DNA of 64,000 nt from an uncultured Spirochaetota bacterium (GTDB taxonomy: Bacteria > Spirochaetota > Spirochaetia > SZUA-6 > Fen-1364): the NCBI GenBank assembly GCA_963781885.1, contig CAWAHW010000007.1, forward strand, positions 224,001 to 288,000, given 5' to 3'. Position 1 is the stretch's first letter. Each line of letters starts with the position of its first letter. The translations under genes were made by a program, and so were the position numbers. The notes under the pieces are model-generated. The model was not told the DNA's origin, made no database searches, and saw only the letters and a list, made by a program, of their open reading frames with translations. Positions 51,524 to 62,000 of this stretch are shown one piece after another.

Positions 51524-52549
51524 TCAGGCCTCCCGTTTGTTTTTTATCGATTCACGCACCATGAACGGGCAGTGGATCAACAATGTCCGGGGCTCCAGGT
51601 CCTCCGGGCGGTCGGCGGAGATGTTTTCAAAAAGGAGATTCGCCGCCTTTGCCCCGATCTCGATCAGCGGCTGGCGGAAGGAGGAAAGGCTCGGTCTCAC
51701 GTACGCCGCCAGAGGGAAGTCGTCAAAGGACACGACCGACACGGCATCCGGCACCGCGACGCCCCGCGCCTCCAGGGCCTTGTACGCGCCCAGCACGAGG
51801 AAATCGCTGCACAGGATGATGGCGTCCACCTTCTTCATCCGGCCGAGCAACCGATAGATGCCTTCGGTGGCCCCGTTTTCGTCCCACGAGGAGACGTCGT
51901 CGATGATGAGGCTCTCATCCGGCTCGATGCCCTCCGCTCTCAGGCCGTCCAGGTAGCCCTGGTAGCGATCCTTGTGGTTGGTGAGGGTGAGAAAGCCACC
52001 GACGAAGGCGATGTGCCGGTGGCCCGTCGCGGCGAGGAAATTCACCGCCTTCTTCGCCGAGGAGTAGTTGTCGCTTTTTACGAGGAAGGCCGGGATGTCT
52101 TCTTCGCAGTTGTTGATCACGACGCACGGCATGTGATGGCGGCTCACGATGTCCGCGTAGCGGGCGTTGAACATCGGCTCCAGCCAGAGCAGGCCGGCGA
52201 TGTGATCGAACACCTTCACCCGGCCGTACTTCATCATCTCCAGCTCGATCTGGTCCGAATGGATGAGCATGGTCGTGTGCTGGAACGCGTGGATCCTTTC
52301 GTCCGCGCCCTCCAGGATGTCCGACAGGTAGTAGCTGTTGATCTTGTGCCGGGAATAGGTATCCACGATCCCGATCGTTTTCAGCTCGTAGTCATCTGCC
52401 CGCGGGGACTCCCGTGAGTTGATGTACTGGAGGACCTTCTCCCTCGTGGCGGGGTGGACCGCGCCTTTATTGCTGAGCACCCGCGAGACCGTCGCGGTGG
52501 AGATATTGAGCGCATCAGCAACTTCCTTGATCTTCAACGTGGGGGCCAT
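51524..52549 (-). CDS. LacI-family transcriptional regulator
   Basis: IKEVADALNISTATVSRVL HTH, VPDAVSVVSFDD. Confidence 0.92.
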   Translation of the reverse strand: MAPTLKIKEVADALNISTATVSRVLSNKGAVHPATREKVLQYINSRESPRADDYELKTIGIVDTYSRHKINSYYLSDILEGADERIHAFQHTTMLIHSDQIELEMMKYGRVKVFDHIAGLLWLEPMFNARYADIVSRHHMPCVVINNCEEDIPAFLVKSDNYSSAKKAVNFLAATGHRHIAFVGGFLTLTNHKDRYQGYLDGLRAEGIEPDESLIIDDVSSWDENGATEGIYRLLGRMKKVDAIILCSDFLVLGAYKALEARGVAVPDAVSVVSFDDFPLAAYVRPSLSSFRQPLIEIGAKAANLLFENISADRPEDLEPRTLLIHCPFMVRESIKNKREA

Positions 52550-53252
52550 GCTTGCATTGTTGTATCATCGAGTTGCAGAGTTGTCAAAATAAATCCAATG
52601 TCAGTCGTTCCATAATTTAATTACTTATAATATAAATAAATATTTTAGTTGATCGCGCTTCCTAATTGTACATTCTTGCAACTAATTGTAAAAAGTCTGA
52701 AACGAATGCCCAGCTCATGCGGCTGAGTTCTTCGCCCTGAGGATGCCACGATCTGGAGGCAACAGGGGCTGATGACGGGGATCCACGGATGCATCTTCCT
52801 TCCCAAGGCCGAATGTGCAATTTCCGGGTGGGGCCGGCGGCTCGTGGCGAGTGAAATATCACAGTACATGGTTGACAGCGCTATTTTTGTAGCCAGCAAA
52901 GCGGGCCGATTGGAGGTAATTATGGAACGACGACGGCTATTCGGATTCGGCCTGGTAGCAGTCGTTTTTTCTGCAGACGGGGATCAACCAAGCGATCCAA
53001 AGCGGAGATTGAAATAGCGGGTGCGTCATTTTCTGGATAAAGCAACCAATGGCTCGCGGGTGTGGCAGAATGCACTGCAGCGTCTTTGTCAACGTCACCA
53101 AAGGGCGAGAATGGAAGTTGGACTCTATGACGGCCAAGAAGGGCCTCCCCTGCGAAAAAGGGGGATCAACCTGTTGCGAAAAGCCGAGGTATTCCTCAGC
53201 TATGAAAGCGGACCGGCTTTGGCCGGTCCGTCAAAAGAGGACAGCGGCAATG

Positions 53253-54095
53253 CTATTTGCTGGCGAGGTGCCTGGCCACCGTGACGTCAATATAGGCGAT
53301 GTAGGAACCATCGCTTGCGACGCTGAGCGTATTGCCTCCCGAGGTATTGTTGGTGGTGGGAGTGCCCGCGGTGAAATTGGTCCCCGAGGTCCACGTGTAC
53401 ACAGTGTTGACGTCCTTGTTGGTATTGAAAGTAACAGTCTTCCCTTTCGCTTTGTCAATGCTCGTTACGCTGGTAGGGAAGATCGTGCTCACAGTGTAGG
53501 CGTCGCTGTTCTTGCTGCCACGGGTCGCCGTACCGCCGGCATCGTAGTTTTCAGATTCGTATGTCCATGTCACCATAGAGAGATCAGAAGGAACGGCACA
53601 TGACCAATTGTAGGTGCTTGACGTGCCGTTCCAGTACGTCGTATTGCCGGTCTCGACGTAATTCCCGCTGCTTCCAATGAGTATTTCATATTCGTTGGTT
53701 GAGCCGAAAGCTTCGGGATATACAGATGTCTTTGGGGCGCTGGACGAGGTGGTAAGCGTGGCGTAACTCCCCGTTGTTCCACCTTGCCATTGCTGGGAGT
53801 AGGTGATCGTCATCATTCGTGAATTTGTATCATACAGGTACGTGCCTTTGGAGCCACTCGATTGTTTCCATGAAGAACTCGCGGCATCCCAGCTCTTTAT
53901 GATATATTCGTATGTACCGTCCGCCGAGAAAGTTTCGGTGCTGTTGCTCCAGGTGTACATAACGTCCTGCGTCATGTGCCCGCTGCTGTCAAAGGCAACC
54001 TCTGTATCGCTGCGGGACCAGATCTGATTTTGACAGGCGGTCAGCAGCACAGCAAATGCTGCCGTCGCGATCAAGAGAAGCGAAAGCTTTTTCAT
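53253..54095 (-). CDS. Ser/Thr-rich lipoprotein of unknown function
   Basis: MKKLSLLLIATAAFAVLLTA-C lipobox; beta-strand-rich; visibly lower GC. Confidence 0.78.
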   Translation of the reverse strand: MKKLSLLLIATAAFAVLLTACQNQIWSRSDTEVAFDSSGHMTQDVMYTWSNSTETFSADGTYEYIIKSWDAASSSWKQSSGSKGTYLYDTNSRMMTITYSQQWQGGTTGSYATLTTSSSAPKTSVYPEAFGSTNEYEILIGSSGNYVETGNTTYWNGTSSTYNWSCAVPSDLSMVTWTYESENYDAGGTATRGSKNSDAYTVSTIFPTSVTSIDKAKGKTVTFNTNKDVNTVYTWTSGTNFTAGTPTTNNTSGGNTLSVASDGSYIAYIDVTVARHLASK

Positions 54096-54326
54096 GCCAA
54101 CTCCTTGCAATGGACATTTGTTGAAGACCCACAACGGGGCTTTTCATTCTCGAATTGCGTCACATAGCATATCAGGCATACGCCAAGACATCGAGAGGCC
54201 AAGGTATTACATGGCACGCGATCGGTCGCTATTGGGCCTGCCTCTGATGTCGTCAAACGCGCGTTTGCGCGCCCGTGGTTGCCTTCCCCCCGATGCACGG
54301 TTACATTGACTGGCAAGTAGCCTCCA

Positions 54327-56642
54327 ATGCCCCAGACACGCAAGCTCGCCGCTATCATGTTCACCGACATCAAGGACTTCACGAAGAGGATGAATGCCAG
54401 CGAAAGCCTGGGCATGCGCCTCATGCAGAAGCACAACGAGATCATGGACGGGGCCATCCAGAGGCACCAGGGCGTCCTGGTGAAGAACATCGGGGATGCC
54501 TACCTGGTGGATTTCGCAAGCGCCGTGAATGCCGTGGAGGCCGCCGTGGACGCGCAGGGGCTTTTCGCCGGCATCAACAAGGACGCGGGCGCCGACGAGG
54601 AGATCCTCGTCCGCATCAGCATCCATCTCGGCGACGTGGTGGTCCAGGGGTCGGATGTCTTCGGCGACGGGGTCAATGTCGCCTCACGGCTTCAGTCAAT
54701 CACGCCGGCCGGTGGAATCTGCATTTCGCGCGATGTTTATACGCACGTGAAATCCCGAATGGAAGCCGCGTGCGTCTCCATCGGCTCGTTTGCGCTGAAG
54801 GGCGTCACCGAGCCCGTGGACGTCTACCAGGTGCTGACCGCGCTCGTGCCTCATCCGATGGTCCCGGCTACGCCCGCGCCCGGCGGAGAAAAGCAGGCCG
54901 CCCCGGACGCGTCCATCGCGGTTCTCCCATTTTCCAACTGGAGCGACGACAAGGAAACCGAATACTTCTCCGACGGCATCACGGAAGACATCATCACGGA
55001 CCTTGCGAAGATCAGCTCGCTCCGCGTGACCTCGCGCAACAGCGTCTTTTCCTACAAGGGCAAGACCGTGGAGATGAAGAAAGTGGGCGCGGAGATGAAC
55101 GTGCGCTACGTCCTGGAGGGGAGCGTGCGCAAGGCGGGATCGCGCCTGCGGATCACTGCCCAGCTCATCGAGGCTGAGAGCAATGCGCACGTGTGGGCGG
55201 AACGCTGGGACCGGGACATGGCGGACGTCTTTGCGATCCAGGACGAGATTGCCCGGCACATCGCCGGAGAGCTGCGCGTCCGCTTGACGGCAGACCAGGA
55301 GAACGCGATCGAGAAAAAGGGAACTCGGAGCGTTCCCGCGTATGACGAATACCTCAAGGGTTTGTTCTATAGCAGGAAAAGGACAAAGGCGGACCTCGAC
55401 AAGGCCGTGGAGCACCTCCAGGCCGCTCTCTCCGTGGATCCCGATTTCGCGCAGGCCCACTCAACCCTTGCCTGGACGCTGCGCCTTCAATACGCGGATG
55501 GATTTCGTCGCGAGCCGGGTGTCATCGAGGAGACGAGGATTCACGCGGAGCGCGCGCTCTCACTGGATCCGCAGCTCCCGGATGCCCTGCTCATGAAGGC
55601 GCTCGTACTCCGCGAGGAAAGCCGGGTGCCGGAGGCCATCCAGACCCTGCAGGAGCTCGTCCAGCGGTATCCTTCGCACGCAGATGGGCATGGCTATCTT
55701 GGGACTGCGCTCAGGGAAGTGGGGCATTTCGCGGGTGCCTTTCAGCACCACGGCCGCGCCCGCGAGCTCGACCCAAAGGATTTCATGCACCCGTTCAACC
55801 TCAGCCTGGACATTATCGCCAACGGAAATGTGCGTGACCTCGATGCGATGATCGCCAACTGCGCCGCGCTTGCCCCCGGCTTCCGCGCTGTCCTGTACCT
55901 GCAGGCGCAGCGGGCCGCCGTGAGGGGAGACATTGCCGGCGCCGACCTCCTCATGGAAGCAATGGAAAAGACCAGCCCCGGTCATGCCCACTCCCACGGG
56001 TTTCGAGGCGTGCACTTCATGTCCACCGGACGGCACGAAAAAGCGTTCCAGGAGTTTCTTTCTTTCATTGAGCATGCAGGAGATGTGCCGATCGTGCCAT
56101 CCTGGTCCATCCCGTCATTTGTCGCCATGGGGAAGTGGGACGAGGCTTTGGCACTCATCGAGCGGACCCTGAAGGGCTCCGGCACACGGTTCCACGCCGG
56201 CCTCGATACGTGGTCGCTCGCCTTCTATTACCAGGGCGCAATTCGGCGTTCACGAGGGGATCCCGAAGGAGCCCGGGAATCGTTTCGGAGGGCGCGCGAG
56301 TCGCTGGAAAAGGCCCTGGACGCCTTCCCGGAGAGTGTTTCGCTTCGTTCCTGGTTTGCACTCCTCCTGGCCCTGTGCGGAGAAGATTCGCGGGCCGCCG
56401 CTGAAGCGGACAGGGTTCAGCGCGAGAATCCCGGCTACGTGCAGTTCGCATACCCGCGGGCCTTGATCAGCGCGGCTCTTCACGACAAGGAAGGCCTTCT
56501 TTCCTGGCTCCGGAAACTGAAGGAGCAGGGCTCGATCATCACGTGGGGCCTCAAGAACGATATTGGATTTGAGGAATACGTCAACGATCCCGACTTCCTT
56601 GAAGTCGTCGAGGGACCCGCGGCGTCTGTTTTCATCCCATAG
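54327..56642 (+). CDS. Class III adenylate/guanylate cyclase with TolB-like and TPR domains
   Basis: FTDIKDFT, IGDA, DVFGDGVNVASRL; SIAVLPF..YFSDGITEDI; TPR helices. Confidence 0.9.
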   Translation: MPQTRKLAAIMFTDIKDFTKRMNASESLGMRLMQKHNEIMDGAIQRHQGVLVKNIGDAYLVDFASAVNAVEAAVDAQGLFAGINKDAGADEEILVRISIHLGDVVVQGSDVFGDGVNVASRLQSITPAGGICISRDVYTHVKSRMEAACVSIGSFALKGVTEPVDVYQVLTALVPHPMVPATPAPGGEKQAAPDASIAVLPFSNWSDDKETEYFSDGITEDIITDLAKISSLRVTSRNSVFSYKGKTVEMKKVGAEMNVRYVLEGSVRKAGSRLRITAQLIEAESNAHVWAERWDRDMADVFAIQDEIARHIAGELRVRLTADQENAIEKKGTRSVPAYDEYLKGLFYSRKRTKADLDKAVEHLQAALSVDPDFAQAHSTLAWTLRLQYADGFRREPGVIEETRIHAERALSLDPQLPDALLMKALVLREESRVPEAIQTLQELVQRYPSHADGHGYLGTALREVGHFAGAFQHHGRARELDPKDFMHPFNLSLDIIANGNVRDLDAMIANCAALAPGFRAVLYLQAQRAAVRGDIAGADLLMEAMEKTSPGHAHSHGFRGVHFMSTGRHEKAFQEFLSFIEHAGDVPIVPSWSIPSFVAMGKWDEALALIERTLKGSGTRFHAGLDTWSLAFYYQGAIRRSRGDPEGARESFRRARESLEKALDAFPESVSLRSWFALLLALCGEDSRAAAEADRVQRENPGYVQFAYPRALISAALHDKEGLLSWLRKLKEQGSIITWGLKNDIGFEEYVNDPDFLEVVEGPAASVFIP

Positions 56643-56675
56643 CGCCCCGTGAGTTGTTGGCGTCGCTTCAGTGAC

Positions 56676-56719
56676 TTGCAGTGATGGTCCGCACTGTTAT
56701 AATATAGACCGACCGGTCG
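56676..56719 (+). promoter_or_regulatory. Sigma70-like promoter with palindromic TetR-type operator
   Basis: TTGCAG-N16-TATAAT followed by the CGACCGGTCG palindrome (56710-56719), upstream of the MBL-tetR-flavoprotein operon. Confidence 0.55.
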
Positions 56720-56815
56720 ATAAAAAACATCAAAGCCCCTCGACGGCAAGGTGAGCGGCAGGAAGGCCGATTGGGCCGACCCGGGGGCCATTCGGCGGCT
56801 CGATGGAGAAAGCGC

Positions 56816-57487
56816 ATGAAGAAGATCGCCATCATGGTCGTCGCCGCGGCGGTCATCGTCGCCGCCCTGCTCGGTCTTCGTCCACTCCTCATGCAGGTGG
56901 TCATTCGGAAGGGCGCCGCGGAACTGGGGAACCGATTCCAGGAGAGTCTCCTGACCGACGGCCGCCTGCACGTCGTCATGGTCGGCACCGGGTCGCCGGC
57001 GCCCGATCCCTATCGCGCGCAGGCCTGCACGGCAGTCATCGTCGAAGGCGCCTTCATCCTCTTCGACTGCGGCTCCGGCGCGGCCTCGCGCGTCGAATCG
57101 CTCGGCCTCCCCGTGGCGGCCCTCGACGTCGTCTTCCTGACGCACCTCCACGCGGACCACATAGCCGACCTCCCCCTGATCGCCGACACGAGCTGGCGCT
57201 ACGGGCGGAAGCGGAAGCTCGAGGTGCACGGGCCTGCGGGGCCGGAGAAGCCGATGGCGTTGGACATGATCGCGGGCGTCGAGCACTATCACTCGAGCCC
57301 CAAGGACGCGGCGGAGATCGCCGCAGAGGCCGGCGTGAAGACACTTGTCCTGACTCATATCATGCCGCCCATCGGGCCACCCGCGTTCGGCCGCCTCCTC
57401 ACAAACGGCATGTTCCTCGATGGCGCATCCGGCCTCTTCAAGGGCAAGGTCGTGATCGCGGAAGACGGGATGCAATTCGCCTTGTAA
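56816..57487 (+). CDS. MBL-fold RNase Z-like hydrolase, apparently internally deleted
   Basis: GTGSP, FDCG, THLHADH, YHSSP and LTH present; central His and GDT motifs absent. Confidence 0.75.
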   Translation: MKKIAIMVVAAAVIVAALLGLRPLLMQVVIRKGAAELGNRFQESLLTDGRLHVVMVGTGSPAPDPYRAQACTAVIVEGAFILFDCGSGAASRVESLGLPVAALDVVFLTHLHADHIADLPLIADTSWRYGRKRKLEVHGPAGPEKPMALDMIAGVEHYHSSPKDAAEIAAEAGVKTLVLTHIMPPIGPPAFGRLLTNGMFLDGASGLFKGKVVIAEDGMQFAL

Positions 57488-57500
57488 AGGAGGCGCGGAA

Positions 57501-58190
57501 GTGGAGCGGACGGATCAGGCAAAGCCCGACCTCAGAATCGAGAAGGGCGAGCGGACGAAGGCCGTACTCCTCAAGGAGGCGCGCAGGCTTATCGCCGAAC
57601 GGGGCTTCACCGGGACATCTGTCAAAGACATCACCGATGCGGCGGGCGTGCCGAAGTCCCTCTTCTATCATTACTTCGAGGGAGTCGACAGCCTCCTCAA
57701 GGAGATCATCGACTCAGGCTCGATCCTGAAAAGGGCCAGCGCGGACGCCGGCGCACGAAAGAAGGTCCGCATCGACTCGGCTTCCGATGCGGCACGCAAC
57801 GATTATCGGGCCAAGGAAACCTATGTCGCCCGTGTCTTCTCGGCGATGAGCGCCGGAGCCGACGACCTTCGCATCCTCCTTGGGGAGGCTCTGCGCGGGA
57901 AGGAGCCCATGGACTCGCTCTTCGAAACGCTGATTGCGATCAGCGCCGATCTCGACGCGGCGATGCCCGAGGAGCTCGAGAAGGGATACAGCGCCAGGGA
58001 GCTCGCCGCCCTGCGCATCTACACCCGCATCTTTCCCATCATTCTCCTCGCCCTCACCGAGGACAAGGCAGCGAGCAGGCTCAAGCTGGGAAAGGCTGCG
58101 CTGCGCAAGCTCGTCTTCTCGGGACTCCGCTCATCCCTTGCGCCAAAGGAGGCACGCCATGAAGATACTTGCGCTCAATGGAAGCCATAG
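57501..58190 (+). CDS. TetR/AcrR regulator
   Basis: GFTGTSVKDITDAAGVPKSLFYHYF. Confidence 0.9.
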   Translation: MERTDQAKPDLRIEKGERTKAVLLKEARRLIAERGFTGTSVKDITDAAGVPKSLFYHYFEGVDSLLKEIIDSGSILKRASADAGARKKVRIDSASDAARNDYRAKETYVARVFSAMSAGADDLRILLGEALRGKEPMDSLFETLIAISADLDAAMPEELEKGYSARELAALRIYTRIFPIILLALTEDKAASRLKLGKAALRKLVFSGLRSSLAPKEARHEDTCAQWKP

Positions 58191-58947
58191 GGGAAGGCGG
58201 GGCCTCACCCAGGCCCTCCTCGACCTCATGGCAGAGGGAGCCCGGGAGGGCGGGGCCGAGCTCGAGACGATCGTCCTCTCGGAGAGGGATCTCAGGCGAT
58301 GCCTGGGCTGCGAGGCGTGTCAGGCGGAGGGCGGGCCAAGGCGCTGCGTCTTCGACGGGAAGGACGAGGCCCAGGTCATCCTGAACGCGATGCGCGGGGC
58401 CGATATCCTCGTCTTCGCGACTCCCATCTACATCTTCGGAATGTCTTCTCTCCTCAAGACCCTCATCGAGCGTGTCAATTCCGCGTGCGACACGAGAGAC
58501 ATCCGCGTCTCGAGGAGCGGCCTCATATTCCACCAGATCGATGCCGAGCTCTGCTCCAAGCCTTTTGTTCTTGTCGCCCCCTTCGGCAATATCGAAGCCG
58601 AGACGCCGCGGAGCCTCGTCGAGTACTTCAGGAGCTACTCGCGCTTTATGGACGCCCCGATGCTGGCCGCCCTGCCCCGGTCGGGCGCCTTCCTCCTGGA
58701 GGAGGCTGTCAAGTCCGCAGGCGCCGCTATCCCGCCCGTGATGGCCGCTGCCCTGGGAGCCTTCCGAGAAGCAGGTTTCGACCTCGCGAGACGAGGGAGG
58801 ATCTCGACAGCGATCGTCCGCCGCGCGACGCGGAGCGTCGTCCCAATGCCGCGTCCCGTCCGCGCGCTGATGACGATCAGGCCCTTACGCGGCCGTCTTT
58901 TAGCCGTGGCAAAGGCCTCGGGCGTGCTGCGCATCAGGCCAAGGTAA
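58159..58947 (+). CDS. Flavodoxin-like/iron-sulfur flavoprotein (FMN reductase family)
   Basis: MKILALNGS, CLGCEAC..C, ATPIY. Confidence 0.85.
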   Translation: MKILALNGSHRGRRGLTQALLDLMAEGAREGGAELETIVLSERDLRRCLGCEACQAEGGPRRCVFDGKDEAQVILNAMRGADILVFATPIYIFGMSSLLKTLIERVNSACDTRDIRVSRSGLIFHQIDAELCSKPFVLVAPFGNIEAETPRSLVEYFRSYSRFMDAPMLAALPRSGAFLLEEAVKSAGAAIPPVMAAALGAFREAGFDLARRGRISTAIVRRATRSVVPMPRPVRALMTIRPLRGRLLAVAKASGVLRIRPR

Positions 58948-59054
58948 CGATTGAAGGTGATGAAAGGGATCTGAAAACGCGCCGCGGAAGCCTACTCCCT
59001 TTTCCCGCCCACCCGCGCCGTGTAGGATGGCGATATCGGGGAAGGGAGAGAGAC

Positions 59055-62000
59055 ATGAGAATCGACGCCAGGCGTTTCGCGGCCGCGCTCATCCTCGCGG
59101 CGGTCGTGGCGTTTCCGCCCATTGCGCGAGCGAGCGCGCGCGCCCTCGTGCTTCCGTTCATGTACGAACCGGAGTTGAAGTCCGCCGCGGAGCAGATCGA
59201 GGACACGTTCCGTGGGATCGCTTCCGCGTCGGGCAGGTTCGACGTTCCCTCCAAGGAGTCCATGGCCGCGATCGTTGCGGAAACGACCGCGGATCTGGTC
59301 CCCGTCTTCGACGTCCGCGCGGGGAGCCGGCTGGCGATGTTCCTGATGGGCGACTACTTCTTCATGGGCGCCGTCAGGTCGCGGTCGGGCTCGCTGGAAG
59401 TGGAGATCGCGTACGTGGACGTGCTCACGCAGGAGGAGCTCAAACGGCTCACGGTAAAGATCGACGACCCCGCGAACGCCCGGCCCGTCCTGGAGACGCT
59501 GTTCGCCGATCTCATCAGGAAGGAAGCGCGGCAGGAGGAGGCGCGCGCCCCGGCCACGCTTGCGATCACGACCGAGCCCCCCGAGGCGGATGTCTATCTT
59601 GACGGCGAGCTGAAGGGCCGCACCCCCTTCGTGGCGAACGCGGCTCCCGGCTGGCACCAGGTCCACATCCGCAAGCCGCAGTACGTGGACAAGTACGGAG
59701 ACATGCAGCTGGAAAGCGGAAAGGTCCAGACGTTCACGCTCACCCTGGAGCAGGTCCGCCCGATCACCACGTCAATGCGCCCCTCCTCTCCGCCTCCGCG
59801 CGTCGACTACGAGCGTTACGAGGCCGCGGACCAGTGGCACGCGGTCATCCAGAGCGCGGTTTCCATAGCCAACTGCCTGGATTTCTCCCCCGATGGGAGA
59901 TTCATCCTCACGGGTGGTGACACGGGGGAGCTCATCGTCTGGACCCTTGATGCGCAGATCGTCAGGAAGTGGTCCATCGGCGACGCGCCTGTCACCTCCG
60001 TGCGCTTCAGCCCCGACGGCGGGAGCTTCGTCTTCGCCTCCGGGTACGGGGATACGGAGTCCTCCGTGAGCGTCTGGCGGGTAGACGGCTCCGTGCTCCT
60101 GACCCTCGGTCACTTCTCCAGCACCGTGAACGCCGTGGCGTTCTCCCCGGACGGGGCGTGCATCGCGGCCGCCTCGGGGAAGACGATCCGCGTGTGGCGA
60201 CTGGATGGCGCCCCGGTCTGCGAGATGACAGGGCATGGCGACGACGTGGATTCGATCGCTTTCAGCCCTCGGGGGAACCGCATCGTCTCTGGTTCGTCCG
60301 ACAAGACGGTACGCACGTGGGATCTCGAGGGCCGCCTCCTCCAGACGATGGAGGGGCACAGCGGCTTCGTGGACGGCGGCGTCGCGTACAGCCCGGACGG
60401 GAAGCTCATCGCTTCCGGGTCAATGGACGACACCGTCAAGGTCTGGACGGAGGAGGGGAGGCTCCTGCGAACGCTCCAGGGCCACCGCGACGCCATCCAG
60501 TCCGTCGCGTTCTCCCCGAACGGGCAGTGCCTGGTGACGGCGGACCGGCTGGGGGACATCCGCGTGTGGAGCCTCGAGGGGGCTCTCCTCGGCGCCATCA
60601 CGGCGGCCGACGGTCTTCGGGCCGTCGCTTTGTCCCCCGACGGAGAGTTCCTGGCAGTCTCCACGTACCTCGGCCTGAGCGTCTGGAAGACGGATGGCAC
60701 CCTGGCAGCAGAGGCGGACTGGCGAAAGAGGACGGTCAACGTGGTGGCGGCGTCGCCGCACGGAGGGTTCTTCGCGGCCGGATCCCTGGACGGGAAGGTT
60801 GCGCTCTGGGGCCCCGACCTGTCGCTGAAGAAGGCTTTCTTGTGCAACCCCGACGGGAAGGAGTTCTCCTCCGTGCAGGGAATGGCATTCTCACCCGACG
60901 GGCAATCCATCGCGACCGCGTCCACGGACCGGCTGGCTGCGCTGTGGGACCTGAAAGGCTCGCTCGTGCGCGCCTTCAGGGCGCACGACCGGCAGGTGAA
61001 CGACGTGGCGTTCTCGCCCGACGGCTCCCAGCTCGCGTCGGCGTCGGACGACGGCTCGGTGATCGCCTGGAACGCCGACGGATCCGGCCTCAAGGTGCTC
61101 GAAGGTCACACGGACAAGGTGAACGACGTGCGCGTGAGCCCGAAGGGCGACCTCATCGCCTCCTGCTCACATGATGGCACCATCAGGCTGTGGAAGCCGG
61201 ATGGCACGCCGGTGAAAAGCCTTTCCCTGGAGAAGGAGTGGCCCGTGAGCCTCGCCTTCTCCCCGGATGGCAGGAACCTCCTTTGCGGGACAGGGGGCTG
61301 GAGCGCCGTGCCGTCCCACCTGCTGCTCTGGGACCTGGAAAGCGGGAAAACGACCCGTTTCCCGGAGACCGGCACCTGGGTCAGCGTGGCCTTCTCCCCC
61401 GACGGCAAGACGTTCGCCTCCGCCGCCTCGGTGAGCGCGGAAGGCGCCGTCCTGAAGATATGGGACGTGCAGGGGAGCCTCCTCAAGACGTTCGAGGGTC
61501 CCGGCAGCTCCATCCACTCACTCGCGTACAGCGCCGACGGAAAGTACGTTGTCGCGGGCATGGACAATGCCGCCGTCATCCGCCGCCTGGACAACGGGGA
61601 GTGCGTCACCCTGCTCGCCCAGGGCGACGAATGGATCGTCTACACGCCGGACGGCTACTTCGACGCGTCCATCAACGGAGGGGACCTGATCCGCATGAGC
61701 CGGGGGTTCAGAACCGTGGGGATCGAGCAGTTCGCGGTCAGGAACAACAGACCCGACATCATCCTGCAGCGGATGGGCCTGGGCGCGCAGGACCAGATCG
61801 TCTACTACCACAGCCTCTTCCTGAAGCGCCTGCGGAAGCTCGGACTCGCCGAGGGGGACCTCTCCACGGAGGAGCAGGCGCCCCTGGCGCAGATCACGGA
61901 CATGCGCGTGGACGGGAAGCGCGCGGAGATCCGCTTCACCCTGCGGGACCCGGGGCACAGGATCCTCAGTTACAACATCTGGGTCAATGGCGTGCCCATC

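Noticed and set aside
52720-52800. Possible remnant of a LacI C-terminus or a small RNA
   Set aside because: Similarity too short and weak to support
59860-61600. Recurrent TTCTC(C/G)CC(C/G)GACGG DNA repeats
   Set aside because: Explained by WD40 FSPDG protein repeats
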